DNA from: Clostridiales bacterium
GTDB taxonomy: Bacteria; Bacillota; Clostridia; Oscillospirales; Acutalibacteraceae
Reading direction: 5' to 3'
Length of the DNA stretch: 64,000 bases
Assembly: GCA_019419895.1 (NCBI GenBank)
Contig: JAHZIE010000002.1
Span: forward strand, 27,787 to 91,786
The notes under the pieces are model-generated. The model saw only the letters and a program-made list of their open reading frames with translations. It had not been told where the DNA came from and ran no database searches. Made by a program: the position numbers and the translations under genes. Of the stretch, positions 9,031-19,413 are shown piece after piece (within the stretch, counting starts at the first letter, position 1; the number at the start of each line of letters is the position of its first letter).

Positions 9031-10878
9031 TCAATTTTGATGATAGAGTTCCAGTGATTTCTGTGAGTAAAACTTAGCGCCCTGATACCAGATATTCAGA
9101 TATTCCCCGACGGTATTTCCAACGCTTTCCTGAAAAATAGCCCAAACAAACCAATAATAGGAGGCGATGGCGACATAACCGGTAAAATGCCTCAGTTCCT
9201 TTTTATCCAGCGGCCTGCCGAAATACAGCTGAAAAATTCCAAGCGCCTCGTCATATGTATAATCGGAGCAACAGATAAAGGTTCCGAGATCGTTGGCGGG
9301 GTCGTCATTGCCGGAGTATTCCCAATCGATGAGGGACATTTTCCCGTCCTTTCCAACCAGAAAGTTGGGATCATAGCAGTCACAGTGACACAGCCGCTTG
9401 GGAATCCCGTCTGATTCCGTATTCTGATAAAGCTCTTCCATTTTTTGATAGAGAGCGTCAAAGTCAGGAAAGCTGTTTTTGTCTTTTTCCGAGAGCCTTT
9501 GGATAAAGTCAAGAGTGGCGCGCCAGATGTCAAAATCATACCGGGATTTGATGTCCGCGTCATGCAGAGACCTGATCATGGAAACAGCCTGCCTGACTTC
9601 CTTCTCGTCATGATAATTCAGCGTATGGGCGTCTTCAATATAGTAGGACAGCTTCCACCCTTCTTCCGGTTCCATATAAATAAAGGTATCATCCAGCCCC
9701 AGCTTGTGGGCGACTTCCATAGAAAAGGCTTCGCTGTCCCGGTGGATATAGCTTTCAGTTCCCACGCCGGGATGGCGGTAAACATATTTTTTCCCCTTGC
9801 AGGCAAAGCGGAAGGAGGAATTGGTCAGGCCGTCTTTAATGGCCGCAATTTCAATAATGTCCTTCTCTTTACAGTGGAGGGTTTTGCAGATATTCCCCAT
9901 AATGGCGGAGCCTGTGTGCTCAATGTAGTGAGGATCAAACCGGCGCAGCTCTTCCAGAGAATCAAATTCTTTAATCAGGCGGGCGTCGTATTTCTTTATG
10001 TACAATTCCAGCTTGTCCAGATGGCGCATATAGAGGTTTTCCCAAAGTTCTTCCTTCGTGACGGGATTTTCCTCGTATTCCCTTTCTAAAATAGGGATAA
10101 ACCGGGCGGCAAAATCCCTGGAAAAATAGACGTGCCCCAGCATATACCAGGCGTCCGGCCCACCGCCGATGGAGACCCCTGTAATCCTTCCTGACGGCGA
10201 CGTGGTCAAACAATACTCTTCTGTTTCGCTGTCGGTGTGGACAGCGGCGTAATAGGCCTGGTAGACATAGGGGGTGAAGACGTTTTCCTCAAAATAATCG
10301 TCAGAGGAACAAATATAGGCTCCCTCCCGGATTTTATCTAAAACCAACATCAATGTGGAAGTGTTGTTGTAACGGTAATAATCCTCATTTACAACGATAT
10401 CCACGCCGAATTTCTCCCTGAGGTAAAAGAATTTTTCCTTCATATAGCCGACAACCAGGGTAATATCTTTGATGCCGGCCTCCAGAAGCTGTCGGATCTG
10501 CCGTTCAATCAGGATCTCCCCTTTGACCTGAAGAAGCCCTTTTGGCGTCTCATAGCACAAGGGGGCAAAACGGGAAGACATGCCCGCCGCCATAATGACG
10601 GCATGGGATACCCGGTAGGGCGCCAGCGCGTCATATCCGGCCGGCGTAATCCTGCCGTCGGGCGAAAGCCAGCCGGCGGCACGGCATGTCTCGGCGGTTT
10701 TCACAGCCTCTGTAGAGGGCAGCGCCAACGCTGTGGATAGGCTATGAAAATCCCCGGACGCCTGGCTGGAGTGGTAAGGCTGAGAATGAGAATGAAAGTA
10801 ACAAAGCGCTTCAAATTCTGTTTGTGTCAACAAATCCCCTTCCTTCTGCTTATTTTGTTCGTTTTGTATATTATACAT
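9031..10878 (-). CDS. Bifunctional LicC-like nucleotidyltransferase / LicA-like choline-ethanolamine kinase (LicCA-type fusion) with a ~90-aa N-terminal extension
   Basis: AVIMAAGMSSRFAPLCYETPKGLL is the NTP-transferase signature. HCDCYDPNFL and LIDWEYSGNDDPANDL are the choline/ethanolamine kinase Brenner and APH motifs. The gene lies 12 bp upstream of eutH on the same strand. Confidence 0.8.
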   Translation of the reverse strand: MYNIQNEQNKQKEGDLLTQTEFEALCYFHSHSQPYHSSQASGDFHSLSTALALPSTEAVKTAETCRAAGWLSPDGRITPAGYDALAPYRVSHAVIMAAGMSSRFAPLCYETPKGLLQVKGEILIERQIRQLLEAGIKDITLVVGYMKEKFFYLREKFGVDIVVNEDYYRYNNTSTLMLVLDKIREGAYICSSDDYFEENVFTPYVYQAYYAAVHTDSETEEYCLTTSPSGRITGVSIGGGPDAWYMLGHVYFSRDFAARFIPILEREYEENPVTKEELWENLYMRHLDKLELYIKKYDARLIKEFDSLEELRRFDPHYIEHTGSAIMGNICKTLHCKEKDIIEIAAIKDGLTNSSFRFACKGKKYVYRHPGVGTESYIHRDSEAFSMEVAHKLGLDDTFIYMEPEEGWKLSYYIEDAHTLNYHDEKEVRQAVSMIRSLHDADIKSRYDFDIWRATLDFIQRLSEKDKNSFPDFDALYQKMEELYQNTESDGIPKRLCHCDCYDPNFLVGKDGKMSLIDWEYSGNDDPANDLGTFICCSDYTYDEALGIFQLYFGRPLDKKELRHFTGYVAIASYYWFVWAIFQESVGNTVGEYLNIWYQGAKFYSQKSLELYHQN

Positions 10879-11082
10879 ATAAAAATGAACAAAAGCAACC
10901 CTTTGTAAAGAAATTCTATTTTTTAAGAAAAAATTGTGTAAAAGTTTTTAGTAACTTATCTCACCAAGAAGGAACCACGTTTTTTCCGATGCTTCCGGAT
11001 GACTCTTACCCTCTGTACAAGACTTTCAGTGAGAGGAGAGTGGCAGCGCGGCCTGGGACGCGCCCAAACCAATTGAAGGATT

Positions 11083-11125
11083 AAAAAGGCCGAAAAAGGC
11101 CGCCTGTTTTTTGGAAACAGGCGGC
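11083..11125 (-). terminator. Rho-independent terminator downstream of the oxidoreductase gene
   Basis: GCCGCCTGTTT / AAACAGGCGGC stem, followed on the minus strand by CTTTTTCGGCCTTTTT. Confidence 0.55.
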
Positions 11126-11333
11126 TGCGAGGCGTGTTTTTTAATTGTCAATGGGGAATATGTGACGCGCGGTTCGCCAATTGCGTTTGGTAAGATATTA
11201 TCAGCCATAATATCCCTCCGGCGCAGCGAAAGGAAAAACAGTATCGGAAATTTAGTTTGTTCAAAAAAATTATCAAATTCATAATTTATAATAAAAGAGA
11301 GGGAGGGATATAAAAATCGCGGGAGGAGGAAAA

Positions 11334-12314
11334 TCAAAACTCAATTTTCCTTCCAGTCCTCCAGGAAGCGTATGCGCCCTCCATAAGCTGTGTCAATGCC
11401 ACGGCGTCCTTCAGAGGAAATTGAATTTCAGCTTTCCCGTCCATGGCTGAGAGCCAGTTGACAATTGCGCTGTCCAGGGGTTTTGGAAGATGCGCTTGTA
11501 TCCACTGGGAGGCGTCTCCCTCTATTTTGGGGGAATTCAGCTGGGGTGCCTGATCGCCGCGCAGCAGGTAGCTTCCTTCCGTGCCGTAGATTTCGAGGGA
11601 GAAGGGAGAGCTTGGGGTGACAAAGCCGGTCTCGTTGACGGCGATGGCGCCGTGGGAAAACTCGATCACACTGACGGCGTTGTCCTCTACGGGAACGGGC
11701 GTCACATTGGTGAACATGGAAAGAATTGATTTTGGTTCTCCCAGCAGCCAGCGGGAAAGATACATTCCGTGAGCGCCCAAATCAATCATTGCGCCGCCGC
11801 CGCACTGCTCCCTGTCATAAAAATGGGGAGGCAGCCAATTGCCGACGCTTCCGTTATGGGCGTTGCGAATCCGTACCAGGGTGGGCCGCCCCAGAAAGCC
11901 GCCGTCCAGCAATTCCTTTGCCAAAAGATTTTGGGGGAGGGTGCGGTGGGGATAGGAAATAGAAAACAAAACCTGATTTTCTTCCACGGCCTTGGCGATT
12001 TCCGCGCACTCATCCGACGAAAGGGCGAGGACTTTTTCTGTAAAAATATGCTTGCCGGCCTGTGCGGCCTCCACCATAATTTTGGCGTGCAGGCTGGTAG
12101 GCGCGCAGATCAGAACGCCATCGATGGAGCCGTCCTCCCAGATTTCCGACAGGGAGGCACTGAAAGGGGCTCCCAGCTCTTTGGCCCATTCCCGGCCCCT
12201 TTCGGGAACTTCATCCCATACCCTGCAAACCTTTCCCAGTCCGGAGGCGTTGACCTCCTGGGCGTAGCCTTTCGCGTGAACATGCCAACCGCTGATGACG
12301 GCAATTTGCTTCAT
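11334..12314 (-). CDS. Gfo/Idh/MocA family NAD(P)-dependent oxidoreductase
   Basis: 326 aa with an N-terminal Rossmann segment, a conserved EKV/EKP-type motif (FTEKVLA) and a C-terminal alpha/beta domain. Confidence 0.82.
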   Translation of the reverse strand: MKQIAVISGWHVHAKGYAQEVNASGLGKVCRVWDEVPERGREWAKELGAPFSASLSEIWEDGSIDGVLICAPTSLHAKIMVEAAQAGKHIFTEKVLALSSDECAEIAKAVEENQVLFSISYPHRTLPQNLLAKELLDGGFLGRPTLVRIRNAHNGSVGNWLPPHFYDREQCGGGAMIDLGAHGMYLSRWLLGEPKSILSMFTNVTPVPVEDNAVSVIEFSHGAIAVNETGFVTPSSPFSLEIYGTEGSYLLRGDQAPQLNSPKIEGDASQWIQAHLPKPLDSAIVNWLSAMDGKAEIQFPLKDAVALTQLMEGAYASWRTGRKIEF

Positions 12315-12606
12315 AATGATTCCCTCACTTTTCTGAAAAAATGATTTTGAACGGATGAAAGCCCGTAAAAGCGGGATTTGAATTCATTGTAGTGGAAGAC
12401 AGGACGGATGGCAAGGGGGAATTTTTTGTAAGGGTGTAAAAGGCAGAGAAAGGGCAAAACGAAAAATTTGTGTTTGTTGAATCTAAATAATATTAAATTG
12501 GTGTTTTTTATGATTCCGCCAAAAGAAACAGATGGAATTGTTAGAATTAGCAAAAAATCTGAAAGAATTTTTTATCTAATATTATTCACAGAAAAAGAAT
12601 TCCTAT

Positions 12607-12635
12607 TTGACATTAAATTATTATAATCGTATAAT
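12607..12635 (+). promoter_or_regulatory. Consensus sigma-A promoter for the ABC exporter operon
   Basis: TTGACA (12607-12612), a 17-nt spacer, then TATAAT (12630-12635), ~70 nt before the start codon. Confidence 0.65.
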
Positions 12636-12707
12636 TAAAGCGGTTTTTTATAAAGTTGGAAAAGATTCGCCTGGATGCGGAAGGTGCCGTGAAAGCGGGG
12701 ATGAGGG

Positions 12708-14435
12708 TTGATTATTAAATTTTTGAAAAAATATGCCTGGATTTATATCCCAGGCATTGTTTTTCTTGCGCTTAATTCCAGGGTGAAAACATTGGTGCCC
12801 AAAGCGCTGGGGGAGGCCATTGACCTGCTGAAGGTTCCGGATACTCCGGCAGGGCTTGTCTATCATCAGGCGCTGCTGATTTTTCTATTGGCCTTTCTCA
12901 TTTTCGCTACCCAGTTTGTGTGGCGGATGTGTGTTATCGGCAACGCGAGAAGGCTGGAGTGTTTTTTGCGGGAGGAATACTTCATAAAACTCCAATCCCT
13001 TCCCATGAGCTTTTTTTCAAAACATGGCTCCGGAGATCTGATGGCCTACGCCATCAATGACGTGGGAGCGGTGAGGATGACATTCGGGCCGGTTCTCGCC
13101 ATGGGAATCAACGGTATTATCACCGGCGCCCTGTCTATTTTTTCCATGGCGGGGGAGATCGATTCCAGACTGACGTTGTTCGCTCTTCTGCCCGTTCCCG
13201 TCGCCGTGGTGGCGATTGTTGTTTTGGGGAAAATGGTGCAGAGCCGTTTCAAACGGGTGCAGGAGCTTTTCGCGAGGATTTCCGGCTTTGTCAATGAATC
13301 CATTATGGGGGTCCGGGTGGTCAAGGCGTTTGCCAGGGAAAGCCAGTGGGAAAAGGAATTTAACGGCCTGTCGGAAAAGATGCAGCAGGCCAATGTCAGG
13401 CTGGCTGATATTTCGGCTTTGATCAATCCCATTGTGGCCGTTTCCTTTGGGCTGAGCTATGCCGTGAGCCTGATTTACGGCGGGCAGCTGGTGATGGAGG
13501 GGCAGCTGGAGCTGGGAGAGCTGGTGGCGTTTCAGGGCTACCTGCTGCTGGTACAGACCCCGGTGATGCAGCTGGGAAGGATTATCAACATGATCCAAAG
13601 GGGGCTGGCCTCCTATCAGCGGCTTCGGGAAATTTACGATGAAAAAGGACTTCCAGAGGAGGAAACCCGGCCCTATCCCAGGGCGATAAAGGGGAGTATC
13701 CGGGTGTCTCATTTAACTTATACCTATCCGGGCAGGCGGGAAGCCGCTCTTCAAGACGTCAGCTTTGAGCTGCCGGAAGGCTGTTGCCTTGGAATAGCAG
13801 GGGCGACCGGCTGCGGAAAGACAACCCTGCTCAACCTTTTGCTGAAGTTTTATCCGGCGCCTGACGGGACGATATCCATTGACGGAACGGATATCAACCA
13901 GATACCGGCGTTTGCCCTGAGAGGGGCGTGCGGCTATGTTTCCCAGGATGGCTTTTTATTTTCCTCCTCCATTGAGGAAAATATCCGTTTTTATATGCCG
14001 GGCATCGGCCTGGAGGAAGTGCGTCAGGCGGCGCGGACGGCTGACATTGATGAGGAAATCATGCGGTTTCCCGAGCAGTACCGCACCCAGGTCGGGGAAC
14101 GCGGCACCCATCTTTCAGGAGGGCAGAAGCAGAGGATTTCCCTTGCGCGGGCACTGGTCCGCAAACCGCGGATTCTGCTGCTGGACGATACGCTGTCGGC
14201 GGTGGATAATGTTACGGAAAAAAATATCATTGGCAACCTGAAGACATCGTGCGGGGAAAATACTTCCATTATTGTCAGCCACCGGCTGTCGGCGATTGCC
14301 CACGCCGATATTATCCTGTATATGGAGAATGGGAAAATTGTCGAACAGGGAACCCACGATCAGCTGATGGCCAAAGGCGGCCAATATGCGTCAACCTACC
14401 TTAAACAGGAACAGGGAAGGGAGGGGGAGCAATGA
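12708..14435 (+). CDS. ABC transporter, fused permease/ATPase (exporter half-transporter 1)
   Basis: Six-TM N-terminal domain, Walker A GATGCGKTT, signature LSGGQKQR and Walker B LLLDD. TTG start with GGGGATGAGGG upstream. Confidence 0.9.
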   Translation: MIIKFLKKYAWIYIPGIVFLALNSRVKTLVPKALGEAIDLLKVPDTPAGLVYHQALLIFLLAFLIFATQFVWRMCVIGNARRLECFLREEYFIKLQSLPMSFFSKHGSGDLMAYAINDVGAVRMTFGPVLAMGINGIITGALSIFSMAGEIDSRLTLFALLPVPVAVVAIVVLGKMVQSRFKRVQELFARISGFVNESIMGVRVVKAFARESQWEKEFNGLSEKMQQANVRLADISALINPIVAVSFGLSYAVSLIYGGQLVMEGQLELGELVAFQGYLLLVQTPVMQLGRIINMIQRGLASYQRLREIYDEKGLPEEETRPYPRAIKGSIRVSHLTYTYPGRREAALQDVSFELPEGCCLGIAGATGCGKTTLLNLLLKFYPAPDGTISIDGTDINQIPAFALRGACGYVSQDGFLFSSSIEENIRFYMPGIGLEEVRQAARTADIDEEIMRFPEQYRTQVGERGTHLSGGQKQRISLARALVRKPRILLLDDTLSAVDNVTEKNIIGNLKTSCGENTSIIVSHRLSAIAHADIILYMENGKIVEQGTHDQLMAKGGQYASTYLKQEQGREGEQ

Positions 14436-16186
14436 GGGAAAAGAGGGAAATGAAAAAAAAATCCAGCCTTTCCCGGCTTGCAGGGTTGATGAGACCCTAC
14501 CTCCTGCCATTGTGCCTCTGCGTGTTCGCGGTTATCCTGGCCAATGGGGCGGAACTGATCAAGCCGGTGTTGTCGGCCGTTATCATCGACGACTTCCTGA
14601 TGGCGGGAAAGGAACAGCATGGCCTTTATTCCATCTGGGGGATCGGGATTTCCTATTTTGCCGCCGTGCTTCTCGGCGCCCTGTGTACCCTTTTTCAGGT
14701 GAGAACTGTCACCAGACTTTCCCAAAGGATTCTTCATTCCATGAGAGGAAGGGTTTTTGGGAAAATCATGCATATGTCCATGGCCGGCCTTGACAAGCAT
14801 GGAACCGGACGCCTTATCACACGTGCGACCAACGATGTGGAAACGGTAAACGAGTTTTATTCCGATGTGTTTATTAACCTGTTCAAGGATGTTTTTCTCC
14901 TGGCGGGAATTCTGATTGTCATGCTTGCCCTGGACTGGCAGCTTGCCCTGGTTGCCTTCATCGGTGTTCCGATGATTTTTGCCATCACCTTTTCCATCAA
15001 ACGAATCATCAAGCGCAACTTTAAATTTATCAAGGCGGTCATTGGCCGGATCAATGGATTTATCGCGGAAAATGTAAGCGGGATGCGGATTGTGCAGGCA
15101 TTTAACCGGCAGAAGGATAAGTATGGGGAATTCAAAAAGCTGAACCGGGATTATTTTAAGGGAACCATGACCCAGGTGATTTTGAACACCTTCCTGCGCC
15201 CCTCCATGGAAGTGATCAATAACCTGGTGATTGCCCTGCTCATCGCCTATGGCTACCACCGCGTCGGCGGCGGAACCCTGGAGGTGGGGATTCTTTATGC
15301 CTTTACCAATTATGTCAAGCAGTTTTTTGAGCCTATCAACGATTTGGCCGAAAAATATACCACGGTTCAGTCAGCCTTTGTGTCAGTGGACCGGATTTAC
15401 GAGGTGCTGGACGAGGAGGGCGGCGAGGAATCATTGCCCGCCTCCCATAAGGGAAAGGTCCAGGGAGAAATTGAATTTCAGAATGTATGGTTTGCCTATG
15501 AGGGAGAAAACTGGATCCTGAAAAATGTCAGCTTCCGGCTGGAAAAAGGACAAAAGGCGGCCTTTGTCGGGGCGACGGGAGCGGGAAAGACCACCATCAT
15601 CAGCTTGATCAGCCGGTATTATCCCATCCAGAAGGGAAGGATTCTCATTGACGGGATTCCGGTGGAGGAATGGGACTTAACGGATCTGCGCAGGGGGATT
15701 TCCACCGTGCTGCAGGATGTATTCCTGTTTACCGGGACCATCCGCGATAATATTGACATGTACGGCCAAATGGAGAACGGGATAATTTCCCAGGCTCTGA
15801 TAACCGCCAAAGCGGATTCTTTTTTGAAAGAAAGCGGAGGGATGGATGCCCTTGTGGAAGAGCAGGGCCTGAATTTTTCCACCGGGGAAAGGCAGCTTTT
15901 ATCCTTTGCCCGGGCGATTGCCGGCGCCCCCAGCGTATTAGTGCTGGACGAGGCTACGGCACACATTGATTCCAACACCGAGGAGCTTGTCCAAAAGTCA
16001 ATCGACGCTATCTCCAAAGGAAGGACGTCGATTTTCATCGCCCACCGGCTTTCCACTATTCAAAGCTGCGATATTATTTTTGTCCTGGTACACGGCGAGA
16101 TCAAGGAACAGGGCAACCACAATGAGTTGTATGAGTTGAATGGAATTTACCGGCATTTAGTGGACGCCGGCCTGGAGGAAGAATAA
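14432..16186 (+). CDS. ABC transporter, fused permease/ATPase (exporter half-transporter 2)
   Basis: 4-nt ATGA overlap with the previous gene. Walker A GATGAGKTT, a degenerate signature FSTGERQ and Walker B VLVLDE. The pair looks like a heterodimeric exporter. Confidence 0.9.
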   Translation: MREKREMKKKSSLSRLAGLMRPYLLPLCLCVFAVILANGAELIKPVLSAVIIDDFLMAGKEQHGLYSIWGIGISYFAAVLLGALCTLFQVRTVTRLSQRILHSMRGRVFGKIMHMSMAGLDKHGTGRLITRATNDVETVNEFYSDVFINLFKDVFLLAGILIVMLALDWQLALVAFIGVPMIFAITFSIKRIIKRNFKFIKAVIGRINGFIAENVSGMRIVQAFNRQKDKYGEFKKLNRDYFKGTMTQVILNTFLRPSMEVINNLVIALLIAYGYHRVGGGTLEVGILYAFTNYVKQFFEPINDLAEKYTTVQSAFVSVDRIYEVLDEEGGEESLPASHKGKVQGEIEFQNVWFAYEGENWILKNVSFRLEKGQKAAFVGATGAGKTTIISLISRYYPIQKGRILIDGIPVEEWDLTDLRRGISTVLQDVFLFTGTIRDNIDMYGQMENGIISQALITAKADSFLKESGGMDALVEEQGLNFSTGERQLLSFARAIAGAPSVLVLDEATAHIDSNTEELVQKSIDAISKGRTSIFIAHRLSTIQSCDIIFVLVHGEIKEQGNHNELYELNGIYRHLVDAGLEEE

Positions 16187-16198
16187 AAGGGAAAAAGA

Positions 16199-16229
16199 AA
16201 AGCCGCCATGCGGACTGCGTGACGGCTTT
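16199..16229. terminator. Hairpin between the convergent ABC and GH130 genes
   Basis: AAAGCCGCCA / TGACGGCTTT, 9 of 10 bp paired. Confidence 0.45.
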
Positions 16230-16247
16230 AGCTTTGCTTGTGTTTTA

Positions 16248-17252
16248 TTATGAAAGGGGCTTGCACAGGGAAATGAGGTCGTTTACATCGGCGGTGGCGA
16301 GGCATTCGACTGTGTCAGCGGCGCCATAGTAAATTTTCACTTCCCCGCTGTCCTCCAAAATCATGCCGCCGGGGAAAATGACATGATTGCGGAATCCCGG
16401 ATCGTCAGTTTCATAGGGCAGTTCGGGGGCGATCAGAGGCTCCCTGCTCATCCCGATCACCTTGGTGGGATCGTCCAGATCCAGCAGCATGATTCCGGCG
16501 CAGTAACGCTTGGTCCATTTTTCTTCCCAGCCGTTCTTGCCGCGCTCAGGGTTGATATCGACCGCGTGGAAGAGGGTGAGCCAGCCTTTTTCTGTTTTAA
16601 TTGGCGGCGCCCCGGGACCCACCTTATCGTTGGCAAAGGGGACGGTTTCTGTCGCCAGCAAAAGGGCGGAATCGCCCCAGAGCTTCAGATCGGGGGAACG
16701 GGAAATCCAAGTGTCAAACCGGACGCCATGATACCGGCCGTAAACAGGCATGGGACGCTCCAGCCTGGTATAATACCCGTTAATTTTTTCAGGGAAAAGA
16801 ACCATGTTGCGGTTATCGGGAACAGACAGGCTGATGATATTGAGCTTTTCGAAATCGTCGGTATAGCCGATTCCGCCGCGGATCCCGTGCTGGGTGTCCA
16901 TGGCAAAGCAGAGATAGCAGCGCCCATCGATGACGGTGATGCGGGGATCATAGATGCGTCCTACCTCGGGATCTGAGATTTCATCCATGGTAAAGAAGGG
17001 CTTTTTCCGGACTTCCCAGTGGATGCCGTCGTCGCTGAAGGCGATGCCCAGGTTTGTCCCTTCAAAAATGCCGTCGAATCTGCCGTAATCATTGCGGAAA
17101 ATCATGACATATTTGCCGTTGAACTTGGCGGCTCCGGCATTAAAGACCAAATCAGCCTGATAGGGGCAATCCTTGGCGGAAAGAACCGGGTTATTCGGAT
17201 ATTTTGTGATGACCGGGCTGGATTTCAGAGGAGGATCCATTAAAGCTCCCAT
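16248..17252 (-). CDS. GH130 family beta-mannoside phosphorylase-like glycoside hydrolase
   Basis: NPVLSAKDCPYQADLVFNAGAAKFNGKYVMIFRND and later beta-propeller segments. I chose the ATG at 17252 (AAAGGAA upstream); the upstream 94 codons of the 428-aa ORF look non-coding. Confidence 0.82.
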   Translation of the reverse strand: MGALMDPPLKSSPVITKYPNNPVLSAKDCPYQADLVFNAGAAKFNGKYVMIFRNDYGRFDGIFEGTNLGIAFSDDGIHWEVRKKPFFTMDEISDPEVGRIYDPRITVIDGRCYLCFAMDTQHGIRGGIGYTDDFEKLNIISLSVPDNRNMVLFPEKINGYYTRLERPMPVYGRYHGVRFDTWISRSPDLKLWGDSALLLATETVPFANDKVGPGAPPIKTEKGWLTLFHAVDINPERGKNGWEEKWTKRYCAGIMLLDLDDPTKVIGMSREPLIAPELPYETDDPGFRNHVIFPGGMILEDSGEVKIYYGAADTVECLATADVNDLISLCKPLS

Positions 17253-17567
17253 AGTATAAGTTCCTTTCTTAATAAAAAAGTATTGTGCAATTGCGCAGGA
17301 GAATAATATCCTGTCAAATTTCAATTTCATTTTATACGGATTGAAAGGAAAAGTCAATTGATATTCCCAAGAATGTAATCCAGCCCGTCGAAGAGCATCT
17401 CTCCGTCCGTCGCGGACTGCCGGCAGGCCATAGAGGGAAAAATAAAAAATTAGAGAAAGAGGAGGGATTCTGCCGCTTTTGCGCGCAATGCTTGACTTTG
17501 TTTTTGAAATGTTACAAAATAAATATAGCCACAAGTCAACAAATAATTTTAAAAGGGGAAGTTCAAA

Positions 17568-18581
17568 ATGCCTACCGTTTACTTTGTAATACCCTGTTAT
17601 AATGAGGAAGAGGTTCTGCCGGAAACGAAAAAACGATTGCTGGAAAAGCTGGAGCGTATGATGGGGGATGGATTGGCGGATGAGAACAGCAGGATCTTAT
17701 TTGTAGACGACGGAAGCAAGGATAAAACCTGGGAGCTCATCAGCAGGTATCATGAGGAAAACAGGCTGATCAGCGGTGTGAAGCTGGCTCATAACCGCGG
17801 CCATCAAAACGCTCTGCTTGCGGGGCTGATGACGGCGAAGGAATATGCCGACTGCGCCATTTCCCTGGACGCTGATTTGCAGGATGATATCGAGGTGCTG
17901 GATCAGTTTGTCAGGAAATATGAGGAGGGCTGCGAAGTCGTCTATGGCGTAAGGAATAAAAGGGAGACGGATACCTTTTTTAAAAGGTTTACGGCGGAGA
18001 GCTTTTACCGTGTGATGCAAAAGCTGGGTGTGGACGTGGTATTCAACCATGCGGATTACCGCCTGATGGGAAAAAGAGCCTTAGATGCCCTGAGCGATTA
18101 CCGTGAGATTAACCTCTTTCTCCGGGGGATTGTGCCGCTGATTGGATTCCGCAGCGATTATGTCTATTATGACCGTCATGAGAGATTTGCGGGAGAATCC
18201 AAGTATCCGTTGAAAAAGATGATTCATTTTGCACTGGAAGGGATTACATCCTTTAGTGTCAAGCCGCTGAAATTGATCTCCAATTTGGGAATCCTTATTT
18301 CTGTCCTCAGTGTATTTGGCCTGCTTTACGCGCTGATTTCCTATCTTGTGGGGGTTGCTGTGCCTGGCTGGACTGCCATTGTAGGGTCCATCTGGCTGTT
18401 GGGCGGCATACAGCTTCTTTGCATTGGCGTTGTTGGAGGTTATATTGGAAAGATTTACAGCGAGGTAAAAGGAAGGCCCCGCTTCCTGGTGGAAACCCTT
18501 CTGAACGCTCCCGCCGGAGAGGCTCAACCGGAAGCTCCTCGAAATGGAGAAAATAGGGAGCCGCGCGTCAGCAATCAGTGA
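17568..18581 (+). CDS. GT2 family polyprenol-phosphate glycosyltransferase (GtrB/CsbB-like)
   Basis: VIPCYNEEE, DDGSKD and LDADLQD motifs plus two C-terminal TM helices. RBS AAAGGGGAAG. Confidence 0.85.
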   Translation: MPTVYFVIPCYNEEEVLPETKKRLLEKLERMMGDGLADENSRILFVDDGSKDKTWELISRYHEENRLISGVKLAHNRGHQNALLAGLMTAKEYADCAISLDADLQDDIEVLDQFVRKYEEGCEVVYGVRNKRETDTFFKRFTAESFYRVMQKLGVDVVFNHADYRLMGKRALDALSDYREINLFLRGIVPLIGFRSDYVYYDRHERFAGESKYPLKKMIHFALEGITSFSVKPLKLISNLGILISVLSVFGLLYALISYLVGVAVPGWTAIVGSIWLLGGIQLLCIGVVGGYIGKIYSEVKGRPRFLVETLLNAPAGEAQPEAPRNGENREPRVSNQ

Positions 18582-18614
18582 GCTTGTGCCATAAGTTAAT
18601 TACTGTGAATAAAA

Positions 18615-18666
18615 AACAACAAATAAGAGAAGAAGCGTCACGTTTTTCTCCTATTTGTTGTTTTTA
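18615..18666 (+). terminator. AU-rich hairpin plus T-run after the GT2 gene
   Basis: AACAACAAATAAGAGA / TCTCCTATTTGTTGTT (15 of 16 paired), followed by TTTTT. Confidence 0.45.
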
Positions 18667-19134
18667 TTTATGGATGGAAAATGTAAAATATACCCATAGA
18701 AATTCTTTGTTTTTTGTGATTTTTTTTAAATGCAACTTTAGTGAAATTTTAAAAAATAAAAAAATTTTTTAAAGAAACAGAGAAATAATTCATTTTTATT
18801 TATGTTCATATTATATATATTTTTATTGAATTATGTTGCTCAATATGAAATATTAAACAATATTATAAAAATTCGGTTGCGAATTTATTAAAAAGATAGG
18901 AAGTATTATTCGTGTTATTATATACCGCTTTATTATATACTTTTATCAATACGAAAGAAAATTTTTAGTTGATCTTCTAAATGAAATATGCCTGGATGAC
19001 AATCTTGTGATTAAAAAACACTTATTTTCATCCTTTGCGTTCCGGCGTTTTATGAAAATTTTTCCATCCCAGTCCTAAAAGCCGCGCGGTTATAAATGGT
19101 CCCCAATTTTAACAGGAAAAAAGGAAGAGAAACA

Positions 19135-19368
19135 TTGAAAAATTTTTTATATTGTGTAGTACAGGAAAAAGGCTTTCTTCCGGAATACGGTGAATTCATG
19201 ACGTTTGGCGTTCAGATCTATTCGTCCGAGAAAGGGAACGGAGAATGTATCACAGAATTTCATGATATGTCCGCCGACGCCGATTGGATTGCGGATTTGG
19301 TAGACATATGCAACCGCTGCCAGGTTTATCCCGAACACTTTCTTGACGTATGGGAAGATTTTCTCTAA
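19135..19368 (+). CDS. Small acidic hypothetical protein (77 aa from TTG 19135; 90 aa if ATG 19096)
   Basis: AAGGAAGAG lies 5 nt before the TTG. The composition looks like coding sequence (LKNFLYCVV...DLVDICNRCQVYPEHFLDVWEDFL). It has its own terminator at 19414-19452. No family is assigned with confidence. Confidence 0.45.
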   Translation: MKNFLYCVVQEKGFLPEYGEFMTFGVQIYSSEKGNGECITEFHDMSADADWIADLVDICNRCQVYPEHFLDVWEDFL

Positions 19369-19413
19369 GCATATGACGTCTGCCCAACTTAAAAAAACAA
19401 GAATTAAAAATCA

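Noticed and set aside
16248-17534. Full 428-aa ORF for the GH130 gene
   Set aside because: The first 94 codons are hydrophobic and low-complexity, with no homology pattern. A proper RBS-ATG at 17252 gives the usual ~334-aa GH130 length.
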